A DNA stretch of 64,000 bases. Source: Eledone cirrhosa. Taxonomy: Eukaryota. This document shows positions 11,121 to 22,999 of the stretch, in pieces. The stretch spans positions 7,688,001-7,752,000 of the forward strand of contig OZ024757.1 of assembly GCA_964016885.1 (NCBI GenBank). The letters are read 5' to 3'. Under the pieces are notes generated by a model, which was not told the origin of the DNA, searched no databases, and worked only from the letters and a program-made list of their open reading frames with translations. Positions within the stretch are counted from its first letter, which is position 1, and each line of letters starts with the position of its first letter. The translations under genes and the position numbers were made by a program.

Positions 11121-14100
11121 CATCGTGAGCTCCGCAAAGGTTTGTTGTTTTCAGTTGTTTCAAATTGCCATTTATGGAAAATTTTTGTTGTTAGGTGTTT
11201 ATAAGGTCACATAATTTGCTCTCGGAAAAGGGCACTCAAAAAGATTGGGGCCTTGAGCCCAAAATTTAAACTTTTATAATTATCAAACAAAAAATTAGTT
11301 TGAAAAAAACATGGACGACTCACAGCTACACCTGGCTGAGAGCCTTCCTCACAAATTAACACCTCACACCGACACCACCATTGTAAATATTACTACGTTT
11401 GCCAACACTAAAAATATAAGCAGTAGCAATAAATTAAATTTGTCTCATGCATACATTCATTTCCCGCCATTACCACTGACTGCAGGTGTTGAAGCCGCCA
11501 CCCCCACCACCACCACAGCGATAACAGAAACAAAAAAAAATTATCTCGTGACATCGAAATGGATTCAGCTAGAATCGACTCTTCCACACCGAACACCACT
11601 GACGCCACCACCACCTCCACAACTGAAACTAAAAATAACAATAATAAAAATAACAATAACAACAAGAGCAACAACAACAATGAGAATAACAACAAACACA
11701 TCAACACCACCGTGTCCTTTGCCAAAGCAGCCAAAAAATGCGAAACAATCGAGGTAACTCAGGAAGAATTAGATGAAACCAAGAGAATGGTAAAGAAAGA
11801 TGGGTACAGGTTCAGCCCCCCACCTAATAGAAATGGAGCATCGGCGCCTATGCATCGTGTCTTATCGGACGATTAACATAAAATCGCGCCAAGTGGAACG
11901 GGCATCAGAGTCCCAAATCCAAAAAGCTTTGGGACATGTGTGGGCAAAAAAACCCACATCAGACGTGGGCAGAAATATGGAATCGTGGACGTGTTCTTTG
12001 GAACACCACAGGAGGCCAGAGAGTACTCCATGGCCCCATTAAGAAGCGACGACTTCACACTCGTCCCAAACTATTGTGGCCAGAGACTCATAAAGATCAG
12101 GGTGATCCACGTTCCACCAGCCATCGAAATTTCCTGGGTAATGGCTGCCGTCCTCGCCGACATCGAGGCCAAAACTAAAATAATCGAAATAGCAAAATGA
12201 AAAGCAGGAGAACTGGTCCGGATCTGGGATGGAGCTCCTGATCCAAGCGGACCAAAAAAGCATTCAGGAAATCCCAGAGGTAATAGATCTCACTGACGGC
12301 AGCTACCTCACCGTAATCGTCGAGGGTATAAGGCCTAGGTGTGTCGTTTGTGGTGAAGGAACCAACCTAAGGGCTTTCTGCCCTCAGGTTAAAAAGTTGA
12401 GGCCACCTCTCTTACCCACCCCAGTGGCTCAACCATCAACACCACCAGCAGCAGAAATGGCAGCAACAACTGTAGCAGCAACAATAGAAGCAACTGTAGC
12501 AGCAGCAACCCCAGCAACAGTAGCAAAACGAACACTACCACCACCCAACGCTTCAGAACTAGCACCAGCGCCTACACCATCCACCACGCCACAACCAAAA
12601 CTAACGCCTGTGGAGGATTTTCCACTCCCCGACCTATCGCAACTGGAGACAGATTGTGACGACGAGGAGTGGAAAACGGTATCAGGAAAAAAGAAAAAAA
12701 GGAAAAGAAGCAAAAATAGAAAAAAAGAAAAAGAAGCCTAAAAAGAAAAAAATCCTCTTCCTTCCCCCTCCAAAAACAAAATACAGAGAGAAACAAATAA
12801 ACTATCAAACAAAAAAAGTTAGGACAGCTATGCCACCATCCACACCAGCATGACCAACCCCATCACCACAAACACCAACACCATCACCATCATTAACCCC
12901 AACACCACCATCACCAACACCACAAAAGTCACCAAAAAGCGAAACAGAAACAAACCCACCACAAACGCAATCAAAACAAAACAACCAAAACTATACACAC
13001 GACACAGAATTGCATTTGAACAACAACCAATTACTACACTACATCCAACACAACACCAGAACCACAGAAAAAGAATACACAACACCCCAAAAGTTCACAC
13101 AACCTACACACATAAAAATCACTCGCATCACACAGAAAACGTACACGACATTAAAACAAACATTTCCCAAAGACATCGGAGATTTCCGACAAGCACTCTC
13201 CAGGAGGATTTATAAGGACATCCTTCCGGAGGAGGCCAGAAGCAGTGAAAAGGATGGAGAAACCATCCTTTCTCTACGAGAAGTAAGGTAAGTGGTCTTT
13301 CCCTTCTTTTCAACTCCATTTCAACATGACCACACTCAGAATAGGCAGCATAAATCCGCGTGACTTGGGGTCGTCATGAAAGCAGGGCCACCTGCTCAAC
13401 GACCTCAGGTCACTAAACATAGATGTAGTGGCCATCAGCGAGGCCAGAATCTACGAAGCACGGGCCTTCGCACCGATCTTCGGCGGCTACGATGTGTTCG
13501 CATCTCTCAACCGTCCTGGATCGTGGGGGAGGAGTTGCTGTGCTTTTTCGGAGAGGTTTGGATCTCACCATACGGGCCATCTTCCTGGACCCAGAAGGTA
13601 AGTTAGTGGTGCTGAACGTGACCAGCGGAGACGGGCAAGCTTTCAGGCTAGTGGCTGACAGCAGCAGGGCGGCCTGATTTCTCCCGGCGTCTGGAGACCA
13701 TTCTTGGAACGTCCCGCTCTTTAGTGTTAGTGGGCGACTGGAACGGGATCTTAGATGCACGCTGGGAGTGTGTGGGATTAGCTTATAGGGGAGGTGGGTG
13801 CAAGAGACTCGCATATCTGCTCAGGCGTTTTGAACTGTCTGACAGGTACCGATTGGATTTCCCGAATGTGCCATTGTGGACTTGGCCAAAACGCATTGGG
13901 TCATCCAGATCATATCTAGATATATTAATTTGTAGGGAAATAGATAGGTCTAGCATAGGCTGTCCACAATTCAAAATATCAAGATAGTCAGCTACACGGA
14001 CCCCAAAATCGTGATCTGTGTGCTTGACTAAGATAGGCTTCATAGACGAGGACCCGGCTACTGGAAGCTAAACGCGTCCTTACCAGCCCGCAAGGCCTAC

Positions 14101-16886
14101 AGAGACCGGATTGGGCAAACTCATTAAGCGGGTGTTGAGGGTTGCCATCGTCAACAACAAGTGGTGGTTGGCTCTGAAAAGAGCGATTAGAATAGAGTCC
14201 ATTAGGTTTAGTAAGGCTTTAGCTATAGAGAAAAATAGAGCAGAGGGAGAACTAGTTAGAAAATTAGACGAGGCGCTTAGCAAAGGCATCGCGACCGACG
14301 TACTTGCGGCGAAATTGGCCCTTGACCAATTCTTCAATGCAAAGTACGAAGGCTGCGTTCTCAGAGCTAGGGTGCGTGCTCTCAGATACGAGGGGACGAA
14401 AGCCGTTCAATGGGCCCGAGTGGCGGAGGCGCGTCGTGGCAACAAAGCCACGATCCGGTCTTTGTTGGACCACGACGGGCGCATCGTACTCGATCCCGGG
14501 CAAATGTGTGAAGCTTTTCAGCGACACTTCGCTCAGCTGTTCGGGGGCAGCGGCGGGCCGGATCGAGGGATGGACTTTAGTGGCTACGTCGACGGGCTGC
14601 CGCGGTTCTCGGCCACTGAGGCGGAGTGTTGCGAAAAGCCGATAACAGCCGCTGAAGTACGGGAGGCAATGACTGGCTGCACAAGGGGTAAATCGCCTGG
14701 TTTGGTGGGTCTGCCCTATGAACTTTACGTACAGATGCCAGACTTGTTCGGAGGCTTCTTGGCGAACATCTACTGCAACTGGCAACAGAACGGGAGAATT
14801 CCCAGATCTGTGAGCCCAGGAGCGGTGACGATGCTGAGAAAGGATCCGAACATGGAGGATAACAGATAATTTCAGGCCCATAACTCTGCTAAACACAGAG
14901 TTCAAGAATTTGGCCAAGGGGCTAGAAAAGAGGTTAGCGCTTGTCGTTGGTGGTCTGGTGGGAGAGGTGCAGACATGCGCCATTCCCGACAGATCCATCC
15001 ACGACAGCCTCCACCTCGTAGAGAGGGTAGCTAGGGAACCTGCCACGGGTGGATTGATCAATTTAGATCAGTCGAAAGCTTTCGATAGGGTCGACCATCG
15101 TTACCTGGCGGCAGTCCTGAAGGCGGCTGGCTTTGGGCCCGTTTCAGAGGCTGGATCGCTGCCATGCACAGCGACATCTGTTCTCTGGTGAGAGTGAACG
15201 GTCACCTGTCGGAACCGTTCAACATCATGCGTTCGGTCCGCCAAGGATGTCTCCTCTCGTACCACTTGTACGTATTGACTCTCGAGCCATTACTGCACAA
15301 ATTGGAGACGTTAAGGGGAGTCCCGCGCGAACTAGGATGCGGAAGATCCGTGTCAGCATATGCGGACGATATCACCGTAGTGGTATCGAACGCCAAACAC
15401 ATCGAGGCGATCGGCACTACACTAAGGGAATACGAAGCGGTGACAGGAGCAATGATCAACCAGGAAAAGTCAGTGGGCCTGCAGCTCGCCACCTGGAGAG
15501 CAAGTCCATGCCGTCAAATAGCGTCGTCGGACGCTGGACGGACGGACCGGTTAAATTGCTAGGGGTCTGGTTTGGTCCGGACCGCCAGACAGACAAAAAC
15601 TGGGACCAGGTGACGTGCAGGGTGGCTTCTCTCACCCAGAAATGGACGGAGAGGAAGCTATCCCTGAAAGGTCGAGCAGAGGTGGCTAACGCGTACATCG
15701 CGTCTGTCATCTGCTACCGCCTGACCATCGTACCTTGTCCTAAGCCCCGCCTGACTGCGCTGGAGCGTTTGCTCTTTCGCTTTTTGTGGAAGGGACGCGC
15801 TCCGATGGTCAGGCGGTCGATCTGCTGTCAACACCCGCTACGTGGAGGGCTGGGTATGCCGTGGCTGATGATGCGCAGACGCGCGCTCATGCCAGAACAT
15901 CTCCATTTCTTCTTTGACGGTGATCAGGTGTGGTCACCGTTTGCTAGTCACGTCTTTCCCCAGCTCGTTTCCTTGACGGAGCTGCAGTTCTGGGTCAAGC
16001 GAAGACCGAGAGGGAGCGCTTGGAGACTGGAATGTCTTCAGGCGCTCACAGCCCTCGACCAATTGGGCAATGTGATCGGTGGAAACTCCACATCGGCGTT
16101 CTATAGAGGATTAGTGCAGGGAAAGAGCGACGACGTACTTGGGGAAACTCTAGACGTCGACGAAAATCAACTAGCCAATCTCTTCGGAAGAACTTTCGGG
16201 CCGGGGCCTATGGATAACTACCAGAAACCCCTGGCCTGGCAGTGCTACCGAGGCGCCTTGCCAGTTATATATAAACTCTACAGGCATGGAGGTGCCGTCA
16301 GCCGGGCATGTCCGAGATGCGCGCAGGGCGACGAAACCGTCCTGCACGCACTCGTCCAGTGTCCGAGAATTGCTGACTTGTGGGTTTATGTGGAACACTT
16401 GCTGTCGCGAGTAGGACAGATCCGGCTATCAGCTGAGTCCATCGTGAGGATTGCCCCGCCCTCTTCCTTTAGCCGGGAAGGGTAGGCAGTTTTTATCCGT
16501 CTGGTGGCCATGGCGAAAGAGATAGTATGGTGGACATGTTTGAAAGGGCTGAAGACGAGCACTTACCTCTTCGGTGATGCCCTGATTGACTTTTTCAAAT
16601 TTCATTTGTGCTCTCTTCCCAGTATTTTGTTACTCTGAGTATGTGTCTGTAAATTAAAGGTGGAAAACTGGCACTTGCCTTGGTGGTCAGGGTCACTGTG
16701 GCCTTTTAATGGGCTTTCTCCACAAATGTCCCTCGGAAGTCTCCCCCCCATTGGGGAATTTTTCATTATTTTTTATTACACCCTTTTTTATTTTACACGC
16801 AGAAAGGCCCATTTGAACCGTCCTGTATTGTACTGTACTGTCTTTAATGTCTACTTTATGTAAACCCTTGTGGTTAATAAAGAAAG
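11121..16886 (+). mobile_element. L1/Tx1-type LINE, copy B (apparently full length, many frameshifts and stops)
   Basis: ORF1 fragments 11311-13291 (T/N/P-rich, degenerate knuckle CVVCGEGTNLRAFC). ORF2 starts at ATG 13326, with APE endonuclease (LVGDWNG), RT (RQGC, SAYADD) and CCHC. Flanked on both sides by (TTA)n. Confidence 0.9.
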
Positions 16887-16889
16887 CAC

Positions 16890-16947
<58 letters not shown>

Positions 16948-19900
16948 GAATGCCATGGTTGACCGAGGCTCGGCTCTGTAAGGTATTGTAAATTTTGACC
17001 GCTATAACAATTGTAAATTGTTTAAAACTTTAACCAAATTGTAGACAAAAACACCCTCCTCCTCGTGAGAGGGGTCTTTCTGTCCGTTATTTGGCCCTTC
17101 GGGGTTAAATAACCGCTTATTGGGTTTTGTGCCCAATATTTATTTTAAGTCAAAAAAAAACATGGCTACGAAAAATAATTTTCACAAGTCACTCCCACTC
17201 ATTCCGTCTTCTTCCTCAATCGTCACTACAGCAGAGAGAAGATTGTCTCTCTCCCTCCCTTCTCTTTCGCAAGCGACGCCAGTAAAGAGAAATAGTTTAC
17301 AAAATCACGTGCAAAGCATGGAACATTTCTCCACGACGACGACAACGACGAAAAAGGTGTGCCGCAAATACGAAAAGCCATTTCATTCGTCTGACGTCAT
17401 GAATAATAGCAGTAGCAGCCGTAATAACAGCAGCAGCAGCAACAGTGACAAGTAAAACAACAGTAGCAGCCGAAGCAGCATCAGCAGCATCATAAACAAC
17501 AACAGCATTAGCAGCAACAGCAACAACAGCAACAACAACCACAGCAACAGCGACGGCGGCAGTAGTCGTACTACCTGCAGCAACAACAAAAGTAACAGCA
17601 GCTCTTACGACAACAACAACAACAACAACAGCAGCAAAGAAAAACCAACCTCGTTTGCAGGTATCGCAAAGAACCTGGAAACCATCCTCATAGCAAATGA
17701 GGAATTAGATGAAGCGAAGAAGATGGTGACGAAAACCGGACACCGAGCAATCTGCAAGGCAGCCGAAACATTTTTCGAAACCCAATAGCACTGTACGGTC
17801 ACGTACTGTACAGTAAGCACAAAATCCCGTAGGGTTGAAAGAGCCACAGAGGCTCAAATACAAAAAGCCTTAGGGTCTCTGTGGCAGCGTAAAACGCATA
17901 TCACCCGAGGCAAGAAATATGCCACCGTAGACGTGCTTTTTGCCACACCCCAGGAGGCAAAGGCTCAATCCGTAGTGACCCTAAGGAGCGAGGAAATGGT
18001 GTTGGTGCCCTCCTACTGCGGGAAAAAATTGTGAGTGTCAAACTGACCCCCCCCCCCCGGGATGGCCCCTTCTTGGCTGGCCGCGTCTGTCCTCGTCGGA
18101 ATCGAGGACAAAACAACTGTACTGCAAGTACAGAAAAGAGTAAGAGAAGATTGGGTCGGCACCGCCATTGAGATGTTAATGCAAACCAACCAGGAGTGCA
18201 TGGAAGCTATCCTGGATGTAATAGACTTCGATAACGGCACTCAACTGCCCATAAGTGTTGAGGGCAAACGCCCAAAATGCTTTCGCTGTAGATCGAAGAC
18301 TCAGCTCAGGGCCTTCTGCAACGAGAAGACCCTGAGAAAGGAGAAAACCCCCTCCTACCGAAACCGGCTCCACTGCTACCAGCAACAGGACAAGCGGCAA
18401 CCAGGAACGATAGGACCGTGGCACCCATACCCCGCCAGGGAAATCAAGAACAGCAACAGCAGTGGAAGTATTAACAACAACAACAATAATATCAACAGCA
18501 GCTCCAACAGAGACTCCACTGCAAACATCACCAACAACAACAAGTGAAAGAGTGGAGCTGGTACCCCTCCCCGACCTCACAGAATCAGACATGGAGTGTG
18601 AGGTGGAAGAGGGATGGCAAAAGGTCGTAAGAAGGCACAAACGCAGAAGCAGCGCATCATCGCCTTTGAAAAGGGAGGAAAGAAATGAAAAAAGGGTAAA
18701 GTCTACTGCAAAGAGACCCACAGCAGCAACACCACCAACACCATCACCACCCACACTAGCACCACCATCACCACCGGCGACAACCCCACCGCCAACAACA
18801 CCTTCAACACCACCACCACAAGCACCAACATCGCAAACACAACAAGACACACACACCCAGCAACAACGACAAGAAAATAGCAGAACCACACCCCACCCCA
18901 AGAAAAACAAATGCACGGCAATAAATACACACAACAAGAAAATAATGACTTACATAATTGAACACACAGACATTTCACAACACGACTACATAATACCAGC
19001 ACCAATCAAAACGCCAACTAACATAAGACTGCTAAAACTAGCACAGAAACAATACACAAACATTAAAACGAAATTCCCCAACGCAGTTGGTGATTTCAGG
19101 GACCTAGGAGGAACTATCAATCGAAGAGTATATTCAGACATTCTCATAGAAGAGCCGACGACTAGCCGAAGGGACGATTCAACGGTCCCTTCACCAGACG
19201 ATCAAGTGAAAAGAGATGTAAAAACCATCCCTCCTCTTCGAAAAGTACGGTAAGTGGTCTTTCCCATCTTTTCCACTCTATTTTAAACATGACCTCACTC
19301 AGAATAGGCAGCATAAATGCGCGTGGCTTGGGGTCGTCATGGAAGCAGGGTCACCTGCTCAACGACCTCAGGTCACTAAACATAGATGTAGTGGCCATCA
19401 GCGAGACCAGAATCTCAGAAGCACGGGCCTTCGCACCGATCTTCGGCGGCTACGATGTGTACGCATCTCCCAGCCGTCCTGGATCGGGGGGAGGAGTTGC
19501 TGTGCTTTTTCGGAGAGGTTTGGATCTCGCCATACGGGCCATCTTCCTGGACCCAGAGGGTAAGCTGGTGGTGCTGGACGTGACCAGCGGAGACGGGCAA
19601 GCTTTCAGGCTAGTGGCCGTCTATACCCCGACAGGAGCAGGGCGGCCTGATTTCTTCCGGCGTCTGGAGACCTTTCTTGGAACGTCCCGCTCTTTAGTGT
19701 TAGTGGGCGACTGGAACGGGATCTTAGATGCACGCCAGGACTTTGTGGGATTAGCGGATAGGGGTGGAGTTTTCAAGAGCCTCACCAACCTGCTCAGGCG
19801 TTTTGAACTGTCTGACAGGTACCAATTGGATTTCCCGAATGTGCCAATGTGGACTTGGACAAATCGCATAGGGTCATCCCGATCATATCTAGATAGAGTA

Positions 19901-22900
19901 TTTTGTAGGGAAATAGATAGGTCTAGCATAGGCTGTCCACAATTCAAGATAGTCAGCTACACGGACCACAAATTCGTGATCTGTGTGCTTGACTTAGATA
20001 GGCTTCATAGACGAGGACCCGGCTACTGGAAGCTAAACGCGTCCTTACCAGCGCGCAAGGCCTACAGAGACCGGATTAGCGAACTAGTTAAGCGGGCGTT
20101 GACGGGGGCCATCATCAACAACAAGTGGTGGTTTGCTCTGAAAAGAGCGATTAGAATAGAATCCATTAGGTTTAGTAAGGCTTTTGCAATAGAGAAAAAT
20201 AGAGCAGAGGGAGAACTAGTTAGAAAATTAGACAAGGCGCTTAGCAAAGGCATTGCGACCGACGTGCTTGCGGCGAAATTGGCCCTTGACCAATTCTTCA
20301 ATGCAAAGCACGAAGGCAGCGTTGTCAGAGCAAGGGTGCGTGCTCTCAGACACGAGGGGACGAAAGCCGTTCAATGGGCCCGAGTGGCGGAGGCGCGTCG
20401 TGGCAACAAAGCCACGATCCGGTCTTTGGTGGACCACGACGGGCGCATGGTACTCGATCCCGGGCAAATGTGTGAAGCTTTTCAGCAACACTTCGCTCAG
20501 CTGTTCGGGGGCAGCGGTGGGCCGGGTCGAGGGATGGACTTTAGTGTCTACCGCGACGGACTGCCGCGGCTCTCGGCCACTGAGGCGAAGTGTTGCGAAA
20601 AGCCGATAACAGCCGCTGAAGTAAGGGAGGCAATGACTGGCTGCACAAGGGGTAAATCGCCTGGTTTGGATGGTCTGCCCTATGAACTTTACGTACAGAT
20701 GCCAGACTTGTTCGGAGGCCAATTGGCGGACGTCTACTGCAACTGGCAACAGAACGGGAGAATTCCCAGTTCTGTGAGCCGAGGAGCGGTGGAACTGCTG
20801 AGAAAGGATCCAAACAAGGGGGATAACATAGATAATTTCCGGCCCATAACTCTGCTAAACACAGAGTTCAAGATTTTGGCCAAGGTGCTAGCAAAGTGGT
20901 TGGCGCTTGTCATTGGTGGTCTGGTGGGAGAGGCGCAGACATGCGCCATTCCCGACAGACCCATCCACGACAACCTCCACCTCATGCGATACACCGTAGA
21001 GAGGGTAGCTAAGGAACCTGGCACGGGTGGGTCCTTGATCAATTTAGATCAGTCGAAAGCTTTCGATAGGGTCGACCATCGTTACCTAGCGGTAGTCCTG
21101 AGGGCGGCTGGCTTTGGGCCCGTCTTCAGAGGCTGGATCGCTGCCATGCACAGCGACATCTGCTCTGTGGTGAGAGTGAACGGTCACCTGTCGGAACCGT
21201 TCAACATCATCCGCTCGGTCCGCCAAGGATGTCCCCTCTCGTCCCTCTTGTACGTATTGACTCTCGAGCCATTACTGCACAAACTGGAGACGTTGAGGGG
21301 CGTCCCGCGCGAACTAGGATGCGGAAGATCCGTGTCAGCATATGCGGACGATGTCACCGTAGTGGTGTCGAATGCCAAACACATCGAGGCGATCGGCACT
21401 ACACTAAGAGAATACGAAGCGGTGACAGGAGCAATGATCAACCAGGAAAAGTCAGTGGGCCTGCAGCTCGGCACCTGGAGAGGCAGGTCCATGCCGTCCA
21501 ACAGCGTCGTCGGACGCTGGACGGACGGACCGGTTAAATTGCTAGGGGTCTGGTTCGGTCCGGACCTCCAGACGGACAAAAACTGGGACGAGGTAACGAG
21601 CAGGGTGGCTTCTCTCACACAGAAATGGGTGGAGAGGAAGCTATCCCTGAAAGGTCGAGCGGAGGTGGCTAACGCGTACATCGCGTCTGTCATCTGCTAC
21701 CGCCTGACCGTCGTACCTTGTCCTAAGCCTCGCCTGACTGCGCTGGAGCGTTTGCTCTTTCGCTTTTTGTGGAAGGGACGCGCTCCGATGGTCAGGCGGT
21801 GCATTTGTTGTCAACACCCGCTACGTGGAGGGCCGGGCATGCCGTGGCTGATGATGCGCAGGCACGCGCTCAGGCTACATTTCCACCTCTTCCTCGACGG
21901 TGATCAGGTGTGGTCACCGTTTGCTAGACACGTATTTCCCCAGCTCGTTTCCTTGACGGAGCTGCAGTCCTGGGTCAAGCGAAGACCGAGAGGGAGCGCC
22001 TGGAGACTGGAATGTCTTCAGGCGCTCACAGCCCTCGACCAATCGGGCAATGTGATCGGTGGAAACTCCACCTCGGCGTTCTATAGAGGATTAGTGGAGG
22101 GGAAGAGCGACGACGTACTTGGGAAAACTCTAGGCGTCGACGAATATTAATTAGCCAATCTCTTCGGAAGAACTTTCGGGCCAGGGCCTATGGACAACTT
22201 CCAGAAATCTCTGGCCAGGCAGTGCTACCGAGGAGGCTTGCCAGTTCGGGATAAACTTTACAGGCATGGAGGTGCCGTCAGCCGGGCATGTCCGAGATGC
22301 GCGCAGGGCGACGAAACCGCCTGCACGCACTCGTCCAGTGTCCGAAAATTGCTGACTTGTGGGTTTATATCGAACACCTGCTGTCGCGTTTAGGACGGAT
22401 CCGGATATCATCTGAGTCCATCGTGAGGATTGCCCCGCCCTCCTCCTTTAGCCGGGAAGGGCAGGCAGTTTTTATCTGTCTGGTGGCCATGGCGAAAGAG
22501 ATAGTATGGTGGACACGTTTGAAAGGGCTGAAGACGAGCACTTACCTCTTCGGTGATGCTCTGATTGACTTTTTCAAATTTCATTTGAAAAGGAAAATCA
22601 GAGTAGAGAGGGAAGTGCTCTCTTCCCAGCATTTTGTTGAAAGATGGGTGAGAGAAGCAAGAATGGCCCGAGTGAATGGGCCTACTCTGAGTATATATCT
22701 GTAAATTAAAGGTGGAAAACTGGGAGAGGGCACTTGGCTAGGTGGTCAGGGTCAGTGTGGCCTTTTACTGGGCTTTCTCCACAAATGTCCCTCCGAAGTC
22801 TCCCCCCTATTGGGGAATTTTTCATTGTTATTTTCATTGTTATTTTTGTTACATCCTCTATTTTTGTTTTTTTACACGCAGAAATGCCCATTTGTACCGT

Positions 22901-22964
22901 CCTGCATTGTCCTGCACTGTCCTTAATGTCTACTTTATGTAAACCCTTGTGGTTAATAAAGAAA
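16948..22964 (+). mobile_element. L1/Tx1-type LINE, copy C (full length, best preserved)
   Basis: 5' UTR, then frameshifted ORF1 (~17162-19253; knuckle CFRCRSKTQLRAFC), ORF2 19289-22704, and a 3' UTR with a hairpin and cccttgtggttaataaagaaa. (TTA)n on both sides. Confidence 0.92.
19289..22704 (+). pseudogene. Tx1 ORF2 (APE endonuclease, reverse transcriptase, CCHC); open for 953 aa, then a nonsense codon at 22148-22150 and a frameshift near 22320
   Basis: SINARGL, ISETR, VGDWNG, YLDR, YTDHK (endonuclease). KSPGLDG, NFRPITLLN, DQSKAFDRV, RQGCPLS, YADD (RT). Confidence 0.9.

Positions 22965-22999
<35 letters not shown>

Noticed and set aside
22148-22150. Programmed read-through at the TAA shared by Tx1 copies A and C
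   Set aside because: Copy B has CAA here, and shared ancestry by block duplication explains the shared stop more simply.
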